A DNA stretch of 64,000 bases, taken from NCBI GenBank assembly GCA_017646015.1, contig JAGCNI010000031.1:7813-71812 (forward strand), in the 5' to 3' direction. Below the pieces are notes generated by a model. It saw only the letters and a list, made by a program, of their open reading frames with translations. It made no database searches and was not told the DNA's origin. This document shows positions 35,462 through 45,729 of this stretch, piece after piece. The stretch is from Lentisphaeria bacterium (lineage in GTDB: Bacteria; Verrucomicrobiota; Lentisphaeria; Victivallales; UBA1829). The translations under genes were made by a program, and so were the position numbers. How positions within the stretch are numbered: position 1 is the first letter of the stretch; each line of letters opens with the position of its first letter.

Positions 35462-36645
35462 TTGAATTCTTCCACCCAGGGCAGACCATACTGATTCAGT
35501 TTTTCCATAAACGGAGCAGGATCGAGCTGTTCCATATTATAGACCCCTGCCCCCTTCCAGACACCAGTTGCAATGAGCATTGCACCGATCATAGCGGGCA
35601 CACCGGTGGTGTAGGAAACAGCCTGAGACATCACTTCTTTGTAACATTCCTGATGATCACAGATGTTGTAGATGTAATACTGACGATCCTTACCATCCTT
35701 TTTACCGCGGATCAGACAGCCGATACAGGTTTTTCCTTTGGTGGTCGGTCCCAGTGTTGCGGGATCAGGCAGCAATGCTTTGAGGAACTGGATCGGAACA
35801 ATTTCCTGTCCCTGGAATTTGACCGGATCGATCCGTGTCATGCCCACATTTTCAAGCACTTCAAGATGCTTGAGATAATTGTCTGAGAAAGTCATCCAGA
35901 ATCGGGCTTCTTTCAGTCCTTTCTGTTTCAGGAAAGGCACAAGGGATTCCAGCTCTTCGTGCCAGAGAAGATACATTTTCTTGGGACCGATCCCGCCGGG
36001 GAAATCAAAGACCTGACTGAACTCCATCGGCTTGGTTTCGATGAACTGACCATCTGCATAATATTTTCCCGGTGCACTGACTTCACGGATATTGATTTCC
36101 GGATTGAAGTTGGTCGCAAACGGATGACCATTATCAGCAGCATTGGCATCAATGATATCAAGTGTATCGATCGTGTCAAAATAGTTCTGTTTGACAGCCC
36201 AGGAAGTAAACACATTGGTCACGCCGGGGTCAAATCCGCAACCCAGCAATGCCATGATCCCTTTTTCTTTGAAACGATCCTGATATGCCCATTGCCAGGA
36301 ATATTCAAAATGTGCCTCATCCAACGGTTCATAGTTGGCGGCATCAATGTAATGGACTCCTGTTTCAAGACAGGCATCCATGATATGCAGATCCTGATAG
36401 GGAAGCGCAAGATTCAGCACCACATCCGGCTGAAAATCGCGAATCAGTGTAACCAGTTCCGGAACATTGTCAGCATCGACCTGCTCCGTCCGGATCGGAC
36501 GTTTCAGTTGTGCCGCAATGGCATCGCATTTGGATTTTGTACGACTCGCAAGGCAGATGTCTGTAAAAACTTCTGATGCCTGTGCGCATTTGTGAACAGC
36601 GACGCCGCTGACGCCGCCCGCACCGATGATAAGAATTCTGGCCAT
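35458..36645 (-). CDS. carboxynorspermidine/carboxyspermidine synthase (saccharopine-dehydrogenase family, CANSDH/CASDH)
   Basis: ILIIGAGGVSGVAVHK, GCGFDPGVTNVF, FATNFNPEINIRE and LKALLPDPATLGP...CIGCLIRGKKDGK. It is closely colinear with the Vibrio CANSDH as I recall it. Confidence 0.88.
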   Translation of the reverse strand: MARILIIGAGGVSGVAVHKCAQASEVFTDICLASRTKSKCDAIAAQLKRPIRTEQVDADNVPELVTLIRDFQPDVVLNLALPYQDLHIMDACLETGVHYIDAANYEPLDEAHFEYSWQWAYQDRFKEKGIMALLGCGFDPGVTNVFTSWAVKQNYFDTIDTLDIIDANAADNGHPFATNFNPEINIREVSAPGKYYADGQFIETKPMEFSQVFDFPGGIGPKKMYLLWHEELESLVPFLKQKGLKEARFWMTFSDNYLKHLEVLENVGMTRIDPVKFQGQEIVPIQFLKALLPDPATLGPTTKGKTCIGCLIRGKKDGKDRQYYIYNICDHQECYKEVMSQAVSYTTGVPAMIGAMLIATGVWKGAGVYNMEQLDPAPFMEKLNQYGLPWVEEFK

Positions 36646-36686
36646 AATAATACTCCTTTACAGTAAGAAATTGCTGGTTGTGTGTG

Positions 36687-38609
36687 TCAGCGTTCAAAAT
36701 AAGTGTAACCGCGTAAACCGTCCTCATAAGCCTTCATGATGATACGGCGTTCCGCGGGCGAAATCAATTTTTCTTCAATCGCACGTTCTGCTGCAGAACG
36801 AAGATTGTTCAACAGCTCCTTGGGACTGTATTCCACATAACTGAGAACATCCGCAACGGTGTCTCCCTCAATCTCTTTGACAATCTCAAAATGCCCGTCT
36901 TCAGGATTGATATTGATCGTAACAACATTGGTATCTCCCAGCAGATTGTGAAGATCTCCCAGAGTTTCCTGATACGCACCAACCAGAAATGCTCCGAGAT
37001 AATAGGGATCCGCATCCGTGACCTCATGCAGCGGCAGTGTCCGCCGTTCATCATGAAGATCAACAAAACGGTCGATCTTGCCATCACAGTCACAGGTAAT
37101 ATCTGAGATGATCGCATTATGTGTCGGGCATTCATCAAGCCGGTGGATCGGTACGATCGGAAAAATCTGATCAATCGCCCAGGAGTCCGGAAGAGATTGA
37201 AACACACTGAAATTGGCATAATATATATCAGCAAGAGCCGAATCCAGACCTTCAAATTCATCCGGAACATATTTCAACTTGTGCGCTTCTTTGTTGACCG
37301 CAGCCATGATGTTCCAGAACGCACTCTCCGCAAGAGCACGTTCACGCAATGAAATCCGACCGTTCTTGAACAGAATACGGATCTCATCACGGTAATAAAT
37401 CGCATCATGATAACTTTCCTGCAAATTCCGCTGCGTAATATTCCCGATCAATGCCACAAGATCTTTGGTCAACTCATTGGAATCCGGCGGAAGTGCCGGC
37501 AATTCCTGCACATGCGCAAAACTCACAACATCAAGAATATCAAACAGAAGAACAGAAAAATAAGCCACCGTGGCACGTCCGGATTCTGTAATGATATTCG
37601 GATGCGCTATCTTCTTTTCCGTCAGAGTCTCACCGACAGTTTCAATCACGTCAACACAATATTCATCCAATGTATAATTGCGGCTGGCGGAATAGTTCGT
37701 ATGAGACCCATCATAATCCACCGCAAGACCTCCACCCAAATCCAGAAAGCCCATCGGTGCACCCTCTTCCACAAGTCCCGCATACACCCGGGTCGCTTCC
37801 AATACTCCCGCACGGATATCGCGGATGTTCGGAATCTGTGAACCGATATGATAATGCAAAAGACGCAGACAATCCAGCATATTTTCCTCTTTCAGAAGAT
37901 CAACAATATGCATCAGTTCCGCTGTATTCAATCCGAATACGCTCCGGTCACCCCCGGATTCTGTCCATTGTCCACCCGCACGGGTCGAAAGCTTCATTCG
38001 CACACCGATCATCGGCTTGATATTCAATTTGCGGCTGCGCTCAATAATGATCGGCACTTCGCCGGGCATCTCAATCACAAGAACACACTTCAAGCCCATC
38101 TTGGTCGCATAAAGACCAAGATCAATAAACTCCTCATCCTTGTAACCATTGCAGATCAAACAGGCTTCTTTATCTGTCAAATTGGCAATCGCAGCAATCA
38201 GTTCCGCCTTGCTGCCCGCTTCAAATCCATGATGAAAAGAACGCCCGGAATGTGCAATATCTTCAATTACCTGCTGCTGTTGATTGACTTTGATCGGATA
38301 TACTCCGCGATACTGTCCCTGATAACCGGTCTGTTTGATCGCCTTCGCAAAGGAAGAATGAAGCAGACGGATCTGTGTATCAAGTATATTCCGCAAACGA
38401 AGCAGCACAGGCATATCCATCCCGCGCTCCTTGATCCCGTTCACGATGTCCATCAAACTCACTGACGGACCATTTTTGCCAAAGGCTGTCACTACCAGTT
38501 CGCCTTTGCTGTTCACATCAAAATAATCTGCACCCCAATCTCGGATCCCATACAAATCCGCTGAATCACGGGGCGTCCAACGCTCAAAAGCATTCTTATG
38601 TACGTTCAT
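36687..38609 (-). CDS. speA: biosynthetic arginine decarboxylase
   Basis: WTPRDSADLYGIRDWGADYFDV, the PLP-Lys region YPIKVNQQ, 640 aa, SpeA-type throughout. Confidence 0.93.
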   Translation of the reverse strand: MNVHKNAFERWTPRDSADLYGIRDWGADYFDVNSKGELVVTAFGKNGPSVSLMDIVNGIKERGMDMPVLLRLRNILDTQIRLLHSSFAKAIKQTGYQGQYRGVYPIKVNQQQQVIEDIAHSGRSFHHGFEAGSKAELIAAIANLTDKEACLICNGYKDEEFIDLGLYATKMGLKCVLVIEMPGEVPIIIERSRKLNIKPMIGVRMKLSTRAGGQWTESGGDRSVFGLNTAELMHIVDLLKEENMLDCLRLLHYHIGSQIPNIRDIRAGVLEATRVYAGLVEEGAPMGFLDLGGGLAVDYDGSHTNYSASRNYTLDEYCVDVIETVGETLTEKKIAHPNIITESGRATVAYFSVLLFDILDVVSFAHVQELPALPPDSNELTKDLVALIGNITQRNLQESYHDAIYYRDEIRILFKNGRISLRERALAESAFWNIMAAVNKEAHKLKYVPDEFEGLDSALADIYYANFSVFQSLPDSWAIDQIFPIVPIHRLDECPTHNAIISDITCDCDGKIDRFVDLHDERRTLPLHEVTDADPYYLGAFLVGAYQETLGDLHNLLGDTNVVTININPEDGHFEIVKEIEGDTVADVLSYVEYSPKELLNNLRSAAERAIEEKLISPAERRIIMKAYEDGLRGYTYFER

Positions 38610-38668
38610 TTCGTAAACGGTTCCTCCAAAATCAAATCATAATAAAACCAGAAAAAGCCGTAACACAA

Positions 38669-38696
38669 TAATATAGTTTTTTTCGATGAAATTTCA
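38669..38696 (-). promoter_or_regulatory. candidate promoter of the speA operon (TTGAAA-N16-TATATT)
   Basis: Read on the minus strand, about 55 nt upstream of the speA ATG. Confidence 0.4.
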
Positions 38697-38799
38697 ATCC
38701 GTTTTGAGCGCAAAATAAACTTTCTTACAGAAAATTTGCAATTTCTCCCTCCAGGTGATAAATTACAGCATATAATCAAAGAAAAAATCAAGGTGGAAT

Positions 38800-39822
38800 A
38801 TGCAGGAAAAATTTTCTCAGATCAATACTCATGAAGATGTTCGCAATCTGTTGACAGCTTCAGAAAGAATCAACCTTTTTCCCGATATCCTGAAAAATTT
38901 TATCAAAAACGGGTTCAAGGCTGAATTGATCAAACAAAACCCAAAAAGAAAAGTTTTCCGACTCGAAAATAAAACAGATTCTTTCTATCTGAAAATCTTT
39001 CAAAAACAAATTTTCCCTTTCGGCATACTCCGTTTCTATCCGGAAAAAGAATTTGACGCCGCAAAAAAACTGCAAAAAAATAATATCCCGGTGATCAATT
39101 ATCTCGCATGGGGAAAAATCAAAGAAGGTGGCTTCTGTATCTCGGAAGGAATCAAGGCGCTCCCCGCAAGACAATTTTTCTTCTCGACCCTGATACACGA
39201 TCCACAAAAAACTGAAAAATTTCTCAATAATCTCGCTCTCATGGTCAAAATGCTCCATGAAAAAAATTTTATCCATCCCGATCTGCACCTCGGAAATATT
39301 CTTGTCAGAATCAATGATGAAAAATTATTCCTCCCGGATCCTTGGGGAATCAAACAAAAATCCAGCCTTAAAAAAATAGATAAAGCGAAATTGGCTGTAC
39401 CATGGATGGAACTGAGAGGCTCTCTCCCCGATGAGGTCTTGATCCGGTATATGAAAAAAACCAATATGACAACCCCGGAAAATACCGAAAATTTATTCGG
39501 ATTCGCAGCAAAGATCTACAACCAGAAATTCAATCACAATAAAAAGAAATTATCGACTCGGATCCTCTCGGGAAAATCTAAATTCGCTACGGCTGTCAAA
39601 CTGGAAAACGGTCTCTGTCACTTCAGACACTCCAACTGGTTCTCTCCACCGGAAAATATGACCATCGAACAGAATTGGAAAATGATCGAATTCGATTCGA
39701 TCGATGAAAGTAAAAAAATCTGGCTCGACTCATTCCTGAAACAGCCCCCGGAAAATAATCCCCCGCAGGCATGGCTGATCCGCAATGACGGGAAAGCAAA
39801 TCTCTATTACCGGATAAAATAA
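38800..39822 (+). CDS. lipopolysaccharide-kinase (Kdo/WaaP/InaA) family protein
   Basis: FYLKIF (ATP-Lys region) and the catalytic-loop-like FIHPDLHLGNILV. The SD aaggtgg precedes the ATG. Confidence 0.6.
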   Translation: MQEKFSQINTHEDVRNLLTASERINLFPDILKNFIKNGFKAELIKQNPKRKVFRLENKTDSFYLKIFQKQIFPFGILRFYPEKEFDAAKKLQKNNIPVINYLAWGKIKEGGFCISEGIKALPARQFFFSTLIHDPQKTEKFLNNLALMVKMLHEKNFIHPDLHLGNILVRINDEKLFLPDPWGIKQKSSLKKIDKAKLAVPWMELRGSLPDEVLIRYMKKTNMTTPENTENLFGFAAKIYNQKFNHNKKKLSTRILSGKSKFATAVKLENGLCHFRHSNWFSPPENMTIEQNWKMIEFDSIDESKKIWLDSFLKQPPENNPPQAWLIRNDGKANLYYRIK

Positions 39823-39885
39823 ATCTGCCGGATAAAAACATCCAAACACAAACTTATCCGTTCCGGCATACTCGTAAAAAAATGC

Positions 39886-39920
39886 AAAAAAAAACGGAGT
39901 CCCGAAAGACTCCGTTTTTT
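39886..39920. terminator. bidirectional rho-independent terminator (kinase gene / rpsS convergent)
   Basis: A9, then acggagtc-ccgaaa-gactccgt, then T6. Confidence 0.8.
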
Positions 39921-39944
39921 GTATTGAACAAAACAGCTGATAAA

Positions 39945-40220
39945 TCAGACTGTCTTACCGCTGATAACGCCGTGACCTTTGAATGTACGGGTCGGAGCAA
40001 ATTCTCCGAGACGGTGTCCAACCATGTTTTCAGTGATGAACACTGTAACAAAAGTTTTGCCGTTGTGTACATTGAAAGTGTGACCGACAAAGTCAGGAAG
40101 GATCATGGAACGGCGAGACCAAGTTTTGATCGGACGCTTTGTTCCGCTCTTATCCATTCTTTCAACTTTTTCGATAACGTGAGCATCGACAAACGGACCT
40201 TTTTTAATAGATCTGGCCAT
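39945..40220 (-). CDS. rpsS: 30S ribosomal protein S19
   Basis: [12 protein letters not shown]...[25 protein letters not shown]. Confidence 0.98.
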   Translation of the reverse strand: MARSIKKGPFVDAHVIEKVERMDKSGTKRPIKTWSRRSMILPDFVGHTFNVHNGKTFVTVFITENMVGHRLGEFAPTRTFKGHGVISGKTV

Positions 40221-40223
40221 GGC

Positions 40224-41051
40224 TTATTTCTTCCTCCGTTCAACAATGAATTTAGAACTCGGTTTCTTCGGATGACGGGTGCGTTTGCCTTTAGCAAGCT
40301 GACCCCACGGAGAGACCGGATGACCACCACCGCTGGAACGACCTTCACCACCACCCATCGGATGGTCGATCGGGTTCATCACAACACCGCGGACATGCGG
40401 ACGGAAGCCGAGATGACGTTTCTTACCGGCTTTACCCATGGAAGCATTCATGTAGTCAAGGTTACCAACCTGACCGATGGTTGCACGGCAGTCAAGATTG
40501 ACCATGCGGACTTCTCCGCTCGGCAATTTGATCTGAGCATAATCACCGTCTTTAGCACGCAGAACTGCAACCTGACCTGCAGCACGGACCATACGACCGC
40601 CTCTGCCGGGAACCAGTTCGATGTTGTGGATTTCAACACCGAGCGGACTGTTGCGCAGTTTGAAAGAGTTGCCGGGCTGGATTTCGCCTTTGTCTGCAGC
40701 AATCACTTTCTGACCGACCTTCATGCCGACCGGAGCCAGAATGTAGGATTTTTCACCATCAGTATAAGCAATCAATGCAATGAATGCAGAACGGTTGGGA
40801 TCGTATTCGATCTGCTGAACCGTTGCTTCAACGTTCAATTTGTTACGGCGGAAATCAACCATACGGTAGGCACGTTTGTTGCCCCCCCCGCGGAAACGGG
40901 TGGTCACACGACCATAGTTATTGCGACCGCCAGTGGATTTTTTACCTTTAACAAGGCTTTTTTCCGGAGTCTTGCGTGTCAGTTCAGAATAATCAACGAC
41001 TGATGCACCGCGAAGACTTTTGGTAATGGGTCTGAATGTTTTAATAGGCAT
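40224..41051 (-). CDS. rplB: 50S ribosomal protein L2
   Basis: GRNNYGRVTTRFRGGG, MNPIDHPMGGGEGRSSGG. Confidence 0.98.
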   Translation of the reverse strand: MPIKTFRPITKSLRGASVVDYSELTRKTPEKSLVKGKKSTGGRNNYGRVTTRFRGGGNKRAYRMVDFRRNKLNVEATVQQIEYDPNRSAFIALIAYTDGEKSYILAPVGMKVGQKVIAADKGEIQPGNSFKLRNSPLGVEIHNIELVPGRGGRMVRAAGQVAVLRAKDGDYAQIKLPSGEVRMVNLDCRATIGQVGNLDYMNASMGKAGKKRHLGFRPHVRGVVMNPIDHPMGGGEGRSSGGGHPVSPWGQLAKGKRTRHPKKPSSKFIVERRKK

Positions 41052-41062
41052 CGTATGTCTCC

Positions 41063-41350
41063 TTATGCCAGGTCAATTGTGCCCTCAGAAAGGGTCACAA
41101 CGGCCTTTTTCCAGCTGGCACGACGTCCCGGAATCGGGGAACGGCCGGCGCGTTTGAGCTTGCCCATGAAATTCATCATATTGACGGATTTGACCTTCAC
41201 GCCGTAGATTTCCTGAACAGCAGCAGCGACTTCAAGTTTCGTGGCTTTCGGAGCAACTTTGAAAGCATATTTGTTTTCTGCTTTCAGAAGTGCACTCTTT
41301 TCAGTCATCATGATGTGCTTGACAATATCGTAAGGACTATTTTTGATCAT
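41063..41350 (-). CDS. rplW: 50S ribosomal protein L23
   Basis: TEKS..L....KYAFKV...ATK.EV..AV...YGVKV..VN. Confidence 0.95.
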   Translation of the reverse strand: MIKNSPYDIVKHIMMTEKSALLKAENKYAFKVAPKATKLEVAAAVQEIYGVKVKSVNMMNFMGKLKRAGRSPIPGRRASWKKAVVTLSEGTIDLA

Positions 41351-41362
41351 CTCTTTTTCTCC

Positions 41363-41992
41363 TTATGCGAGGCGCTTGACAAATTCATCAAGAGCTTCTT
41401 TCGTGAAGAGGATCTTGTCAGCATCAAGAACATGATAGGTATTGATGCTGGATGCCTTCAGCGGGAACACTCCAACCAGATTGCAGGTTGCACGAAGCAG
41501 ATTTTCATCATAGTCCGCAACAGAGACGAGAAGCTTGTTGGCTGTAACATTGAGAGCTTTGAACACAGCAACAGCATTCTTGGTCTTATAATCCGGAAGT
41601 TCCAGACTGTCAACTACAGAAACAACATTTTCCTGCAGACGTTCAGAGAAAGAACGTTTGAGAGCCAGTTTACGAACCTTGGCATTCAGTTTGATGGAGT
41701 AATCACGCGGTTTCGGACCGAATGCAACACCACCATGACGCCACACGGGGTTACGGGTTTCACCAGCGCGGGCACGACCCCCGCCTTTCTGTTTAAACGG
41801 TTTCTTACCAGTACCGGCAACTTCAGCGCGGGTCTTGGTAGAAGCTGTTCCAGCACGGGTCTCAGCCAGGAAAGCAACTACAGCATCATGGACAGCCTGT
41901 GAACCCTTTTCGAGTTCAATGCAGGAATCCTCAATGGTATAATCCCCGACTTTTTCACCCTTCATATTCAGTATGTCGATTACAAAAGACAT
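41363..41992 (-). CDS. rplD: 50S ribosomal protein L4
   Basis: KPFKQKGGGRARAGETRNPVWRHGGVAFGPKPRDY. ATG 41992 follows aggtga; the track start at 42001 is GTG. Confidence 0.95.
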   Translation of the reverse strand: MSFVIDILNMKGEKVGDYTIEDSCIELEKGSQAVHDAVVAFLAETRAGTASTKTRAEVAGTGKKPFKQKGGGRARAGETRNPVWRHGGVAFGPKPRDYSIKLNAKVRKLALKRSFSERLQENVVSVVDSLELPDYKTKNAVAVFKALNVTANKLLVSVADYDENLLRATCNLVGVFPLKASSINTYHVLDADKILFTKEALDEFVKRLA

Positions 41993-42026
41993 TGTATTCA
42001 CCTGTCAGTTATTTCCCAAGAGGGGA

Positions 42027-42659
42027 TTATTTCTTTTTGGCCTTCTTCACGATAAGAGTGTTTCCGTTCGGACCCGGAACCGCGCCACGGACGAAAATCA
42101 GATTCTCATCAGCTGAAACCTTGACGACACGCAGATTCTGCACAGTAATTGTGGAATTGCCGAGCTGACCGGGCATCTTTTTGCCCTTCATGATGTTACC
42201 GGGTTTTTCACGGCAACCGATTGAACCGGGCTTGCGATGCCAGCCACCACCGTGACCATCACGTCCACCAGCAAAGTGGTGACGCTTCATAACACCGGCA
42301 TAACCTTTACCTTTGGTGGTCCCGGAGATGTCCAGAAATTCACCTTCAGCAAAAATGTCAACTCCAATTGTGGAACCGATCTCTTCGGTCGGATCCGCAT
42401 CTGCACGGAATTCACGAATGAATGCCGGCGGATTGTTCTGAAGACCGGCTTTGGCAACGTTGCCGATCACAGACTTGGAAACATTTTTCACTTTCTTTAC
42501 ACCGAAACCAACCTGAAGTGCGGAATATCCGTCACGTTCCTGGGTCTTGACGCCAACGACCGTGCACGGGCCTGCTTCAATGACGGTAACAGGAATCAGG
42601 ATCCCCTTCTCGTCATAGACCTGCGTCATTCCGACTTTCTTTCCGATTAAACCTTTCAT
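42027..42659 (-). CDS. rplC: 50S ribosomal protein L3
   Basis: MKGLIGKKVGMTQVYD...GKGYAGVMKRHHFAGG. ATG 42659 follows aaggag; the longer track ORF is an upstream extension. Confidence 0.96.
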   Translation of the reverse strand: MKGLIGKKVGMTQVYDEKGILIPVTVIEAGPCTVVGVKTQERDGYSALQVGFGVKKVKNVSKSVIGNVAKAGLQNNPPAFIREFRADADPTEEIGSTIGVDIFAEGEFLDISGTTKGKGYAGVMKRHHFAGGRDGHGGGWHRKPGSIGCREKPGNIMKGKKMPGQLGNSTITVQNLRVVKVSADENLIFVRGAVPGPNGNTLIVKKAKKK

Positions 42660-42746
42660 TTTGCTCCTTTCAGGCACATGCCCTCTCGGAAAAAAGGACC
42701 TTGGTGCCAAAAATTGCTTTTATCAAAAAATTGACAATCGCGTCAA

Positions 42747-43082
42747 TTATCCGATTTTGATTGAGATATCCACACCGGCAGGCAGATTGAGCTTCTTCAG
42801 CTCGTCAACTGTCTTCGCAGTCGGTTTGATGATGTCCATCAAACGTTTGTGGGTTCTGATCTCGAACTGATCCATGGACTTTTTGTCAACATGGGGTGAG
42901 CGGTTGACTGTATAACGTTCAACACGCATCGGCAGCGGAATCGGACCGGCAACAACGGATCCGGTTCTGCGGGCCGTATTAAGGATTTCCGCAACCGACT
43001 GATCGAGAATGCGGTGTTCATAGGCCTGAAGCTTGATACGAATCTTCTGGGCCGATTTCGAGGATGAAGCTTTAGTACTCAT
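42747..43082 (-). CDS. rpsJ: 30S ribosomal protein S10
   Basis: [18 protein letters not shown]...GPIPLP. The start ATG overlaps the fusA stop (ATGA). Confidence 0.96.
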   Translation of the reverse strand: MSTKASSSKSAQKIRIKLQAYEHRILDQSVAEILNTARRTGSVVAGPIPLPMRVERYTVNRSPHVDKKSMDQFEIRTHKRLMDIIKPTAKTVDELKKLNLPAGVDISIKIG

Positions 43083-45196
43083 TTACTCGTTTTCTCCACT
43101 ATTTTCTTTTGAATTGCATCTGGCACACGTTCAAATATGCAGGGTTCCATGGTAGAGGAAGCTCTGCCTTTGGACAGGGAGCGGATCGCAGTTGCATAAC
43201 CGAAGAGTTCTGCCAGCGGAATGTTGGCAACAACGCGGGTCGCACTGTCCTGTGTTTCAATTTCGACGATCGATCCACGACGGGAGGAAACGTCGCCGAT
43301 AATATCACACATGTTTTTATCCGTAGTGGTGATTTCGACTTTCATAATCGGTTCAAGAAGAACCAGACCAGCCTTGCGGGCTGCATCTTTCAGACCCATG
43401 GAGCCTGCGATCTTGAACGCCATTTCAGAAGAGTCAACCGGGTGGTAGGATCCATCCATGATGTCCACATGGAAGTCAGTCAGCGGATAACCGGCAAGAA
43501 CACCAGTCTGCGCTGCTTCACGGATACCCTGTTCAATCGGCTTGATAAATTCTTTCGGAATATTACCGCCGACAACTTTGTTTTCAATAGTGATACCATG
43601 TCCGCGTTCTTTCGGAGAGAGCTGAAGAACACAGTGACCATACTGACCGCGACCCCCGGACTGACGGACAAATTTGGAGTCAGCTTCAGCAGGTTTGAGA
43701 ACAGCTTCACGGTATGCAACTTCCGGCTGACCGGCGTTGGCATCGACGTTGAATTCGCGTTTGAGACGGTCCATGATGATTTCCAGGTGAAGCTCACCCA
43801 TACCGGAAATAATGGTCTGACCGGTTTCTGTATCGCTCTTCATTGTGAAGGTCGGGTCTTCATCAGAAAGAGCACCGAGAGCGGTATAGAGTTTATCACG
43901 GTCGCCGGAAGTCTTCGGTTCAACTGCAATAGAAATAACCGGTTCCGGGAAGTTCATGGATTCAAGGACGATCGGTGCGGATTCATCGCACAGAGTATCA
44001 CCAGTGGTAACGTTCTTAAAACCGACAGCAGCTGCGATATCACCGCAGAAGATGTTATCACATTCTTCACGATGGTTTGCATGCATCTGGAGCAAACGGC
44101 CAAGACGTTCACGTTTACGGGTTCTGGGGTTATAGACGTTGACGCCGCGGACAGCGACACCGGAGTAAACGCGGAAGAAGACGAGACGACCGACAAACGG
44201 GTCACTCATGATCTTGAATGCGAGAGCGGAGAACGGTTTATCGTCACCGGCTTCGCGCACTTTCGGTTCTTCGGTATCCGGGTCCATACCTTTGGTTTCC
44301 CAAACATCGACCGGAGAGGGAAGATAGTCAACAACTGCATCCAGAAGGAACTGGACACCTTTGTTTTTGAATGCGGAACCGCAATATGCGGGAACGAGCT
44401 GGCCGCCGAGAACAGCTTTACGGAGTGCGGCTTTGATCATTTCCACAGACGGCATTTCGTCATTCAGGAAGATTTCCATAATTTCTTCATCGACTTCTGC
44501 AACGCTTTCAACGAGATGAGTGCGTTTTTCTTTGAGCAGATCGACAAAGTCTTCGGGGATAGCGGGCATTTCAGTGAACTGAGTACCGTCATCGCCGCCG
44601 AAAGCATATGCTTTTTCATTGAGGACGTCGATGATACCGGTAAAGTTGGCTTCTGCACCAATAGGAATGACCATGGTAACAACATTGACACCGAGCTTCT
44701 TATTCATGTCTTCAACGACTTTGAAGAAGTTAGCACCGGTACGGTCCATTTTGTTGACGAAAGCCATGGTCGGGACTTTGTATTTTTTAGCCTGACGCCA
44801 AACGGTTTCAGTCTGAGGCTGAACACCGCCGACAGCACAGAAAACACCGACAGCCCCGTCGAGAATACGGAGGGAGCGTTCAACTTCTGCAGTGAAGTCC
44901 ACGTGCCCGGGAGTGTCAATCAGATTGACACGATGGTCTTTCCAGAAGCATGTGGTAGCTGCAGATGTAATGGTGATACCGCGTTCCTGTTCCTGAACCA
45001 TCCAGTCCATGGTGGCATTACCTTCATGAACTTCACCGAGTTTATGAGTGATCCCGGTGTAATAAAGGATACGTTCGGAAAGTGTGGTTTTACCGGCATC
45101 GATGTGAGCCATGATACCGATGTTACGGGTCATTGCAAGAGGAGTTTTCCGATCGGGAGACTCCTTGTAATCAACGTTTAATTGTCGTACTGTCAT
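43079..45196 (-). CDS. fusA: elongation factor G
   Basis: [37 protein letters not shown], 705 aa. Confidence 0.98.
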   Translation of the reverse strand: MTVRQLNVDYKESPDRKTPLAMTRNIGIMAHIDAGKTTLSERILYYTGITHKLGEVHEGNATMDWMVQEQERGITITSAATTCFWKDHRVNLIDTPGHVDFTAEVERSLRILDGAVGVFCAVGGVQPQTETVWRQAKKYKVPTMAFVNKMDRTGANFFKVVEDMNKKLGVNVVTMVIPIGAEANFTGIIDVLNEKAYAFGGDDGTQFTEMPAIPEDFVDLLKEKRTHLVESVAEVDEEIMEIFLNDEMPSVEMIKAALRKAVLGGQLVPAYCGSAFKNKGVQFLLDAVVDYLPSPVDVWETKGMDPDTEEPKVREAGDDKPFSALAFKIMSDPFVGRLVFFRVYSGVAVRGVNVYNPRTRKRERLGRLLQMHANHREECDNIFCGDIAAAVGFKNVTTGDTLCDESAPIVLESMNFPEPVISIAVEPKTSGDRDKLYTALGALSDEDPTFTMKSDTETGQTIISGMGELHLEIIMDRLKREFNVDANAGQPEVAYREAVLKPAEADSKFVRQSGGRGQYGHCVLQLSPKERGHGITIENKVVGGNIPKEFIKPIEQGIREAAQTGVLAGYPLTDFHVDIMDGSYHPVDSSEMAFKIAGSMGLKDAARKAGLVLLEPIMKVEITTTDKNMCDIIGDVSSRRGSIVEIETQDSATRVVANIPLAELFGYATAIRSLSKGRASSTMEPCIFERVPDAIQKKIVEKTSK

Positions 45197-45230
45197 ATTC
45201 GTCTATTCTCGACATCACAAAAACGGTTCA

Positions 45231-45701
45231 TTACCATCTGTAATGAGCAAAGGCTTTATTAGCCTGCGCCATTTTGTGAGTGTCATCTTTCTTTTTAATG
45301 GAGGATCCTGTATTGTCGAAAGCATCCAGAAGTTCAGATGCGAGTGCCTGCATCATGGATTTACCCTTTTTAGCCCGGGAGTATGTGGTGATCCAGCGCA
45401 TAGCGAGAGCGACCTGACGTTCTGCGGGGACTTCGAGGGGGACCTGATAGGTTGCACCGCCGACGCGGCGGCTTTTGACTTCGAGTTTCGGCTTGATATT
45501 TTCAACTGCCTGAAGGAAAACTTCGAGCGGTTCCATATCTTTCTTTTTCGATTTGATCACGTCGAATGCGCCATAAACGATCTTCTGAGCAACAGTTTTC
45601 TTACCATTGCGCATGAGAGTATTGATGAGGCGAGCGACGAGTTCGCTGTTATACTTCACGTCGGGCGTGAGTTCTCTTTTTGTGATTCTACGTCTTCTCA
45701 T
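45231..45701 (-). CDS. rpsG: 30S ribosomal protein S7
   Basis: PDVKYNS..V.R.IN.LM..GKK..A..IVY.AF......[15 protein letters not shown]. Confidence 0.98.
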   Translation of the reverse strand: MRRRRITKRELTPDVKYNSELVARLINTLMRNGKKTVAQKIVYGAFDVIKSKKKDMEPLEVFLQAVENIKPKLEVKSRRVGGATYQVPLEVPAERQVALAMRWITTYSRAKKGKSMMQALASELLDAFDNTGSSIKKKDDTHKMAQANKAFAHYRW

Positions 45702-45729
45702 TGTTCTTCCAGCATCCTAAATAATTCGA

